A stretch of 39,970 nucleotides of DNA from a virus. Positions 27,263 to 33,224 of this stretch are shown here, piece by piece. The notes under the pieces were generated by a model. The model was not told the origin of the DNA, made no database searches, and worked only from the letters and a program-made list of their open reading frames with translations. Location: positions 1-39,970 of IMG/VR virus record IMGVR_UViG_3300045988_068451. The stretch is one strand, 5' to 3'. A program made the translations under genes and the position numbers. Within the stretch, counting starts at the first letter, position 1. Each line of letters opens with the position of its first letter.

Positions 27263-27630
27263 TAAAGTTTTACCCCCATTTTTTGCAACTCTGCAGCAAT
27301 CTCAGGAAGCTGTGCTGGCTGTAACTGAGTAAGTGCTGCTACTCCAAATCTTGCCAAAAGCTGTTGGAATTCTCCAAGTCTTCCGGCATCTTTAAGCTGA
27401 ATTGCTCCGACTGCTATCTGATCAATAGAGTAGGTAGGCATTTGAGTAGGTGCCTGCGGTGTAACTGGTGCAGTAGGTTGCTGTACTGTAGGAACCTCAG
27501 GAATAACAGGCATACTAGGCTTAATCTCTATATGCGTGGATACTGGCTCCACTACGGCTGTCTGATTACCAAGTATCTGCTTTGCAAAAACTACCATCTC
27601 GTCAAAAGTTTCAAAAGTTAAATTAATCAT
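27262..27630 (-). CDS. Hypothetical protein with P/T/Q-rich linker, 122 aa
   Basis: Track ORF with a good SD. Precedes the replication module. Confidence 0.6.
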   Translation of the reverse strand: MINLTFETFDEMVVFAKQILGNQTAVVEPVSTHIEIKPSMPVIPEVPTVQQPTAPVTPQAPTQMPTYSIDQIAVGAIQLKDAGRLGEFQQLLARFGVAALTQLQPAQLPEIAAELQKMGVKL

Positions 27631-27648
27631 TTCTATTCTCTCCTTTTC

Positions 27649-27876
27649 CTAAAAAACAAACATTGCTACAACTGCTAAATTAAATATCGTAAGCCCTATA
27701 ACCCCTATCCAAAAAGCTTTTTCCACACTGTCGAGATCATACTCAAGCTCTGCAACTTTCCTCTTTAGCTTTTCAACCTCTTTGCTGTGTCTATCTTCAA
27801 GAGCCTCTATGCTCTTTTCTATCCTCTTACTGGTCCATACATCCGGCACAACTACCTTTTCTTTTAAATTAGACAT
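27649..27876 (-). CDS. Tail-anchored membrane protein (coiled coil plus C-terminal TM), 75 aa
   Basis: C-terminal hydrophobic stretch FWIGVIGLTIFNLAVVAMFVF. 13-nt overlap with the upstream ORF. Confidence 0.6.
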   Translation of the reverse strand: MSNLKEKVVVPDVWTSKRIEKSIEALEDRHSKEVEKLKRKVAELEYDLDSVEKAFWIGVIGLTIFNLAVVAMFVF

Positions 27877-28316
27877 TTAAATCCTCCCTTGCTGAGAAGC
27901 TTCCTTCCCAGGTCTTTATCTTCTAATAATTCCTTTAATGTTTTCTTTTCTAATGCCTTGCCAAGTGCAGGATTGCAGAGTATCACTCCTAATGTGCTAT
28001 CTGTGAGTATTTGCCCAATTGCGGCCGAAATATTATGCTCAATCCTCTTAATCCTGACGGACCTCTTCTTTTTCTTGCCGTGAACGACCTCTTCTCTTTC
28101 CTCTGTAACCTTTAATTCACACCAGTTGTGATACACTTTCTTAACTTCAACCTCACAGATTACATCAGTAGGTACGGCATTTTCTTTTATAAAAAGTTCG
28201 CACTTCATCATGAAAGTGTCGCCCGGCTGTATGGCCTCGTGGATCTCTTTATACCTTAGTGTGGGTTTAGGACCGTCAACTATGTGTATAATTGTATTGT
28301 TGTGATGTACTATCAT
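27864..28316 (-). CDS. Hypothetical protein, 150 aa
   Basis: Track ORF. ATGA overlap with the pentapeptide gene. Confidence 0.6.
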   Translation of the reverse strand: MIVHHNNTIIHIVDGPKPTLRYKEIHEAIQPGDTFMMKCELFIKENAVPTDVICEVEVKKVYHNWCELKVTEEREEVVHGKKKKRSVRIKRIEHNISAAIGQILTDSTLGVILCNPALGKALEKKTLKELLEDKDLGRKLLSKGGFKCLI

Positions 28317-29047
28317 ATGCGTTTCCTCGCATGTGCCAGTGCCTCTTCTTTTGAAATCCAGAAGTACAAATCTGTTGAACTTGTCTTAAATCTGTCTACT
28401 TCAAAATTGTTATCTCGCATAACATCATTCTTGGTTAAAACATAATCCCTGAATCTAAGTGATACTCCAAACGGATTGCATCCATCTTTTAGCCTTTCTA
28501 AAGAATTGACCACTAAAGCTTCCGTTCTGCATTTTCTTGTCGTGCCTGAGCTTCTCTGCGCCCAAGCAGGAATAAATACTTCCACCAAGCACTCCTCACC
28601 CTTGAAATCCTCTCCTATCGTCCATCCGATAAAGTTGCCATGTGTCGGACATACTGGAAAAATCCCCACAGTATTATCAAATTCAGCTGTAATGATGTTT
28701 GCATCCTCCAAACTTGCCTCCGTCAGGTTTGCTTGTGCGAAACTTGCACATTCCAGATCAGCTCCCTCAAAGCTTGCCTCTGTCAAATTAGCAGACAAGA
28801 ACAATGCATCTTTGCAGTTTGTGTTATTAAAGTTTGCCGACCATGCATTAGCACATGAAAAGTCTGTATTCTTTAAATTTGCACCTTCAAAATTAGTACT
28901 GACAAGAACTGCATCTATAAAGCATGCCCCTTCAAGGTTTGCACCTGAAAAGTTAGCACTCGTCAAGTTTTGCCCTTTAAAGCTCACTCCTCTTAAATCC
29001 ATGTTTGCGAAATTATTGTTTAAAACCTCTTTTAGCTCTTTTCCCAT
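28313..29047 (-). CDS. Pentapeptide-repeat protein with a distinct C-terminal domain, 244 aa
   Basis: About 22 consecutive A(D/N)LxX units (NFSGANLEGACFIDAVLVSTNFEGANLKNTDF...). C-terminal domain of about 120 aa. Confidence 0.85.
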   Translation of the reverse strand: MGKELKEVLNNNFANMDLRGVSFKGQNLTSANFSGANLEGACFIDAVLVSTNFEGANLKNTDFSCANAWSANFNNTNCKDALFLSANLTEASFEGADLECASFAQANLTEASLEDANIITAEFDNTVGIFPVCPTHGNFIGWTIGEDFKGEECLVEVFIPAWAQRSSGTTRKCRTEALVVNSLERLKDGCNPFGVSLRFRDYVLTKNDVMRDNNFEVDRFKTSSTDLYFWISKEEALAHARKRI

Positions 29048-29317
29048 TTATCCTACCTCTCTTATCATTGTCCATCCTGCTCCCCTTGCAGGTCTTCTTC
29101 TCTGACTTGCAAACTCTGCAGTTTGTATTTTTATCCTCTTTGCTATCCACTTATCAAAACCGACTGTATCAAAGATTATTGTCGAATTCGGTCTTGCCGG
29201 GTCTATCTTAGTAGCGAAATTCTGCTTTGGGTCCCGATACGCTTCCATCAGTAAAGGTATAGGGAAGCCCATTGCCTTTAATTCCGTCATTTTCATAATT
29301 TGTTTTGGATACTCCAT
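29048..29317 (-). CDS. Putative small DNA-binding protein (excisionase/HTH-like), 89 aa
   Basis: The pattern MTELKAMGFP...L......FD...FDKWI resembles Xis/MerR-type winged helix proteins. Weak call. Confidence 0.4.
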   Translation of the reverse strand: MEYPKQIMKMTELKAMGFPIPLLMEAYRDPKQNFATKIDPARPNSTIIFDTVGFDKWIAKRIKIQTAEFASQRRRPARGAGWTMIREVG

Positions 29318-29328
29318 ACTTCCCCTCC

Positions 29329-29553
29329 TTAAGGTATAAATTCAATATCTCTGGCACCCTTCCTTAATTTAAGTTCCCTTATCAGTTCTCTGTCCGAAAA
29401 CTTGTCTAATCCTGTATCTTCGTGATTTATAAGTTCTGTCAACTCATGTGCTATTATTGAAACTTGTTCGGCTGTCCCCTCTCTAGTTAAGCGAACCAAG
29501 TATTCAAGCAGTAATTCTTCTAAAATCTCTTTGGTACTTTCTTTTTCACCCAT
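29329..29553 (-). CDS. Hypothetical protein, 74 aa
   Basis: Track ORF. SD AGGAGGA upstream. Confidence 0.6.
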   Translation of the reverse strand: MGEKESTKEILEELLLEYLVRLTREGTAEQVSIIAHELTELINHEDTGLDKFSDRELIRELKLRKGARDIEFIP

Positions 29554-29650
29554 GTTTATGTATCCTCCTATTTACTTTCCCTCTAATCTCTCCTAAACTA
29601 TCCTTACAAGCTATTGCCGTAGCTGAGTAAATGAAAGGGGAAAGACTAGC

Positions 29651-29857
29651 ATGAACATGATCTCTGTATCATCGTCAAACCTAGACTCTGTTGGGTATGA
29701 AAACAGTACTTTATATGTACGCTTCAAAAATGGTTCCTTGTACAGCTATTCCGGTGTTCCTGAATACGTTTATAACGAACTTATGGATGCATCTTCTAAA
29801 GGTCACTATTTAGCCACATATGTAAAAGGACATTACCCATACAGCAAAATAGGTTAA
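29651..29857 (+). CDS. KTSC-domain protein, 68 aa
   Basis: ISVSSSNLDSVGYENSTLYVRFKNGSLYSYSGVPEYVYNELMDASSKGHY matches the KTSC consensus. Confidence 0.8.
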   Translation: MNMISVSSSNLDSVGYENSTLYVRFKNGSLYSYSGVPEYVYNELMDASSKGHYLATYVKGHYPYSKIG

Positions 29858-29997
29858 TCGACGACTATCAAAACAACTGCAGGACCGTTTACTGATACCG
29901 CCATATCTTTATTCGGTTCTGCAATTTTCACTTCTACTCCTTCCCTCTTTTTCAGTTCTTCTACCAACTCATAAGTTTTGACATCTTTTAGTTCCAT
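29854..29997 (-). CDS. BC1881-like small protein, 47 aa (below track threshold)
   Basis: Manual translation MELKDVKTYELVEELKKREGVEVKIAEPNKDMAVSVNGPAVVLIVVD. The pattern matches the small Firmicutes phage family as I recall it. Confidence 0.6.
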   Translation of the reverse strand: MELKDVKTYELVEELKKREGVEVKIAEPNKDMAVSVNGPAVVLIVVD

Positions 29998-30005
29998 GTT
30001 CCTTC

Positions 30006-30641
30006 CTAACCTACCTTTTCTTCATTTTTCTTATAAATCGTGTCACTTACCGACACATCCAGTCCGTATTTGTCTTTGACTGCCATCAGCTCTACCGTGT
30101 CAGCAAGTATTGGCTCTCTGTCTTTCAGCATTTCAGGCGTCATAGTGGCTTTCTTTATCATCTTTGGATAGCCGTACTTTAGTGATACAGCTTTGTTTGC
30201 TATCGTATTAGCCTTGATAAAATCAACTCTTGCAGGACTCTTTAAGCCCTCCTGAAGCTTCTTCATCATTTCCTTCTGATGTTCTTTATCAAGCATTCGG
30301 AAAATCTCAAAACCTTCATAGCCTGATACCTTACGGAGCTCCTTAATTACTCTAAATATCCACGACTTAAAATCTTTCGCCTCGGGTTTATTGCTTGAAA
30401 ATACTGCATTGTAAATTCCGTATTCCGAAATTATGAGCATATCTTGTGTCGTAGGGCATTTTGCTTTATCTGATGTGGTATCCACTTTATGGATACCCTT
30501 GTTCTCATCATCAATCATACGGAACATATGTGCTGTGTGCTTATATCCCAAAGCGGTCGCTACATCTTTTCCTACTGCCCACCATTCGCCATCTTTTTCT
30601 ACAAATCTGATTTCGTGGTTGCACCATTTTTCTATTTTTAT
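30006..30641 (-). CDS. BRO-N domain antirepressor-like protein, 211 aa if started at AUA 30641 (track start TTG 30551 truncates the domain)
   Basis: The upstream in-frame sequence KIEKWCNHEIRFVEKDGEWWAVGKDVATALGY is the conserved BRO-N N-terminus. AGGAGG sits 7 nt before the ATA. There is no ATG/GTG/TTG between the upstream stop (30680-30678) and 30551. Confidence 0.75.
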   Translation of the reverse strand: MKIEKWCNHEIRFVEKDGEWWAVGKDVATALGYKHTAHMFRMIDDENKGIHKVDTTSDKAKCPTTQDMLIISEYGIYNAVFSSNKPEAKDFKSWIFRVIKELRKVSGYEGFEIFRMLDKEHQKEMMKKLQEGLKSPARVDFIKANTIANKAVSLKYGYPKMIKKATMTPEMLKDREPILADTVELMAVKDKYGLDVSVSDTIYKKNEEKVG

Positions 30642-30771
30642 AAAATCACCTCCTAATTTTTCTGTTTGTAAAAACAGTTACTTCTGCCTACTTCTATTTA
30701 TTTCCGGTTACTTTATGCCACAATATATAGGTTTTGTTTTTAATTTGTATCAATATATTGTGTTTTTGTCC

Positions 30772-30800
30772 TTGACTTCTCTATCCCGTAGTAATATACT
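30772..30800 (+). promoter_or_regulatory. Consensus-like sigma-A promoter for the 43-aa gene
   Basis: TTGACT (30772-30777), 17 bp spacer, TATACT (30795-30800). Confidence 0.65.
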
Positions 30801-30828
30801 TAATGAAAATCTACGAAAGGAGGTGTCT

Positions 30829-30960
30829 ATGGCTAATAAAGAAACATCTAAAAGAGTTGCATCTACTGCCTCTAGAATTCTTCGTGATAAGCGAACAAGC
30901 TCTGCTTCCAAATCCGTTGCCGGTTCTGCTTTATCACAAACACCAAGTAAGAAAAAATAA
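30829..30960 (+). CDS. Small basic Ser/Lys-rich protein, 43 aa
   Basis: MANKETSKRVASTASRILRDKRTSSASKSVAGSALSQTPSKKK. AAAGGAGG lies upstream of the ATG, with its own promoter and a downstream hairpin. This is the 3' end of track ORF 30433..30960. Confidence 0.6.
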   Translation: MANKETSKRVASTASRILRDKRTSSASKSVAGSALSQTPSKKK

Positions 30961-30981
30961 TTGCTACTTTTGCTGCATAAC

Positions 30982-31203
30982 TCACTGGTTCTGAGCTGTG
31001 CAGCTCTTTTTAATTCTTATGTTCCCAATTGGAATCTGATAAATCTCTACCAGTCTTTCAAGCTGAAATGCGGGTATTGCTACTTTGCCTTTTTCCCAGT
31101 TCAAAATAGTTTGCGTACCTACTTTTAACATTTTTGCTACTTCCCTTTGGCTAAGCTCTGCATTTACTCTTGCCGCCGCCAAGGATATTTTTAAATCGCT
31201 GAT
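30982..31203 (-). CDS. XRE-family HTH protein, Cro-like paralog 2, 73 aa if started at AUC 31203 (track start TTG 31230)
   Basis: HTH ...ISLAAARVNAELSQREVAKMLKVGTQTILNWEKG. GGAGGTGA sits 7 nt before the in-frame ATC. Alignment with paralog 1 supports the short N-terminus. Confidence 0.7.
   Translation of the reverse strand: MSDLKISLAAARVNAELSQREVAKMLKVGTQTILNWEKGKVAIPAFQLERLVEIYQIPIGNIRIKKSCTAQNQ
30993..31011 (+). terminator. Short hairpin plus T-run after the 43-aa gene
   Basis: GAGCT-GTGC-AGCTC followed by TTTTT. Lies inside the 3' end of the convergent cro-like gene. Confidence 0.4.
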
Positions 31204-31225
31204 AAAATCACCTCCATTTATCAAA

Positions 31226-31242
31226 ATCAAATTTAATTTGAT
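31226..31242. promoter_or_regulatory. Operator copy: perfect 17-bp palindrome ATCAAATT-T-AATTTGAT
   Basis: Exact second copy of the palindrome at 31479-31495. Spans the stop of cro-like gene 1 and lies just upstream of the SD of gene 2. Confidence 0.6.
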
Positions 31243-31445
31243 TTACAGGGCAAAAAAATATTGTCTAACGGAATATTATAAAGCTCCGATAACTCTCTTA
31301 CCCTTGAAATCGTTGGTTCCGTCGCCCCTTTTTCCCAGCTTACTATGGTATTTTTTGAGACCTTAAGGGCCCTTGACACGTCTTCTTGTGTCATTCCAGC
31401 GTTTACTCTAGCCGCCGCTAAACTTATCTGTAAAATCTTTATCAC
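31233..31445 (-). CDS. XRE-family HTH protein, Cro-like paralog 1, 70 aa
   Basis: HTH ISLAAARVNAGMTQEDVSRALKVSKNTIVSWEKG. First gene of the leftward operon, divergent from the repressor. GTG start. Confidence 0.75.
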   Translation of the reverse strand: MIKILQISLAAARVNAGMTQEDVSRALKVSKNTIVSWEKGATEPTISRVRELSELYNIPLDNIFLPCKSN

Positions 31446-31471
31446 TTCCTTTCCTAAGTCTTACCAGCTAT

Positions 31472-31500
31472 ATCATAAATCAAATTTAATTTGATGTCAA
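31472..31500 (-). promoter_or_regulatory. Leftward (lytic) promoter
   Basis: Minus sense TTGACA (31500-31495), 17 bp spacer, TATGAT (31477-31472). The palindromic operator fills the spacer. Confidence 0.65.
31479..31495. promoter_or_regulatory. Operator: perfect 17-bp palindrome ATCAAATT-T-AATTTGAT inside the lytic promoter spacer
   Basis: Read directly. Half-site ATCAAATT also occurs at 31508-31515 and 31540-31547. Confidence 0.65.
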
Positions 31501-31530
31501 TACTAAAATCAAATTTTTTTTTACTAATTG

Positions 31531-31559
31531 TTGACTTTAATCAAATTACATTATATTAT
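31531..31559 (+). promoter_or_regulatory. Rightward (lysogenic) promoter
   Basis: TTGACT (31531-31536), 17 bp spacer, TATTAT (31554-31559). Operator half-site ATCAAATT (31540-31547) lies in the spacer. AGGAGG at 31566-31571. Confidence 0.55.
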
Positions 31560-31579
31560 GTGTTTAGGAGGATAGATGT

Positions 31580-31963
31580 ATGTCAGATGAACTTCAAAAG
31601 AAAATATTCGCCAAAAACCTAAGGCATTATTTAGATAGAGAAAATAAAACACAGAAGGAAGTTGCAGACGCTATAGGTGTGTCGCCACAAACTTTTAACA
31701 CATGGCTACAAATGGTCGCTTTACCTAGGATGGGAAAGGTTCAGGTCTTAGCCGACTACTTCGGTATAAATAAATCTGATTTATTAGAAGATAAGGGAGC
31801 TCAGGAAGAGGATAACTCTTACTACATAGATGAAGAAGCAAAGGAGCTTGCACAGTTCCTCTTCAAGAATCCTGAATATAAAATATTATTCGACGCTGCT
31901 AAAGATGTATCAGCGGACGACTTAGAAATGGTTAAAACAATTATAGATAAATTTAAAAAATAG
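31580..31963 (+). CDS. CI-like phage repressor (XRE HTH, ImmR-type; no S24 peptidase domain), 127 aa
   Basis: HTH KNLRHYLDRENKTQKEVADAIGVSPQTFNTWLQ. Divergent from the cro-like genes and followed by an HExxH protein. Confidence 0.8.
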   Translation: MSDELQKKIFAKNLRHYLDRENKTQKEVADAIGVSPQTFNTWLQMVALPRMGKVQVLADYFGINKSDLLEDKGAQEEDNSYYIDEEAKELAQFLFKNPEYKILFDAAKDVSADDLEMVKTIIDKFKK

Positions 31964-31970
31964 GTGATAT

Positions 31971-32207
31971 ATGGGGAAACGCAAATTGACTAATGATAAT
32001 TGCAGATATATTTATCTTCCCGGACTACCGCCGAGGGTAAAAGGTTTCGTCATGGAAGATGAGGGATACTATACAGTAGTATTAAACCCTACACTATCTG
32101 CGGATACTAATGCAAAGACTAGACGACACGAGATTAAGCACATATTAAGAAGAGATTTCGACAAGTCAGACTGTGATCAGGTCGAGAATGGTGTAAGGGG
32201 AGCTTAG
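31971..32207 (+). CDS. Short ImmA/IrrE-like HExxH metalloprotease-like protein, 78 aa
   Basis: YYTVVLNPTLSADTNAKTRRHEIKHILRRD: an HEIKH zinc motif in the context typical of ImmA-family proteins. Position is directly after the repressor. Confidence 0.55.
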   Translation: MGKRKLTNDNCRYIYLPGLPPRVKGFVMEDEGYYTVVLNPTLSADTNAKTRRHEIKHILRRDFDKSDCDQVENGVRGA

Positions 32208-32239
32208 AGGGAAGGTTTAATTTATAAAGGGTGGGATAA

Positions 32240-33070
32240 ATGAATAATAATTATACAGAAGAAGTATTTGAAAGTATTAAGCATATAAATGAATACGAAC
32301 AGGAATTTTGGTATGCAAGGGAGTTACAGAAGGTACTTGAGTATACCGAGTGGCGTAAATTTTACGGTGTTATTGAAAAGGCTAAAATTTCCTGTTCACA
32401 AAGCACTAATAACACAAATGACCATTTTGTCGACGTCGACAAAATAGTACATCTTGGGGTTGCCAATAGAAAGATACAAGATATTGTGTTATCCAGATAT
32501 GCTTGCTATCTCATTGTGATGAATGGTGACAGCAGAAAAGAAGTCATTGCTCTTGGACAAACATATTTTGCAGTAAAAACAAGGCAACAAGAATTAATTG
32601 ATGACTATGAGCATCTTACAGATGATCAGAAGAGACTTGCTATCCGAAAAGAAATGGCAGAGCATAATAAACAACTTGTAGCGGCTGCAAAAGATGCCGG
32701 CGTTGAAAGCTCTCTTGATTATGCTATATTTCAAAATTATGGTTATCAAGGTCTTTATGGCGGTCTTAAAGCTTCAGATATACACAAATTAAAGGGACTT
32801 AAAAAAGGCCAACAGATTCTTGACCACATGGGCTATGAAGAGCTTGCAGCCAATCTTTTTAGAGCTACACAAACAGAGGCTAAGTTAAGGCGTGAAAATA
32901 TTCAAGGTAAAGCAAACGCAAATCAAACTCATTTTGAAGTCGGTAAGAAAGTACGAGATACTATAAAGGATCTTGGCGGAACAATGCCGGAGGATTTACC
33001 TACACCTGATAAGAGTATTAAGCAAATAGAAAAAGAACAGAAAAAGCTTGAAAATAAACAAAAAAGATAA
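32240..33070 (+). CDS. dinD: DNA damage-inducible protein D (DinD) homologue, 276 aa
   Basis: Long collinear similarity to E. coli DinD as I recall it: LSRYACYLIV.NGD, GQTYFA..TR.QEL, EHNKQLV.AA, FAIFQN.GYQGLYGGL, KGLKK.Q.ILDHMG..ELAANLFRATQTE.KL and GGTMPE.LPTP..SIKQ. Confidence 0.85.
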   Translation: MNNNYTEEVFESIKHINEYEQEFWYARELQKVLEYTEWRKFYGVIEKAKISCSQSTNNTNDHFVDVDKIVHLGVANRKIQDIVLSRYACYLIVMNGDSRKEVIALGQTYFAVKTRQQELIDDYEHLTDDQKRLAIRKEMAEHNKQLVAAAKDAGVESSLDYAIFQNYGYQGLYGGLKASDIHKLKGLKKGQQILDHMGYEELAANLFRATQTEAKLRRENIQGKANANQTHFEVGKKVRDTIKDLGGTMPEDLPTPDKSIKQIEKEQKKLENKQKR

Positions 33071-33224
33071 TAAAAAAGCCACCCGGTACTCCAATACCAA
33101 GTGGCAAACACACTATTGCAAGCTGTTGCCTGCAACAATATGCCCTCGACAAGCTATATTGTACCATGCAAACAGCTAATTTTCAATGGCTGTTATTTTT
33201 ATACCCAAAAACAAGGAGGTGCAT

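Noticed and set aside
28476-29105. 209-aa plus-strand ORF with a periodic KLA/KFA pattern
   Set aside because: It is the antisense reading of the pentapeptide-repeat gene, so the periodicity is a mirror of that repeat. It has no SD or promoter, and the minus-strand gene is strongly supported.
30433-30828. First 132 codons of the 175-aa plus-strand track ORF 30433..30960
   Set aside because: It is antisense to the BRO-N gene and its upstream region, low-complexity, and lacks an SD. Only the last 43 codons (30829..30960), with promoter and SD, were kept.
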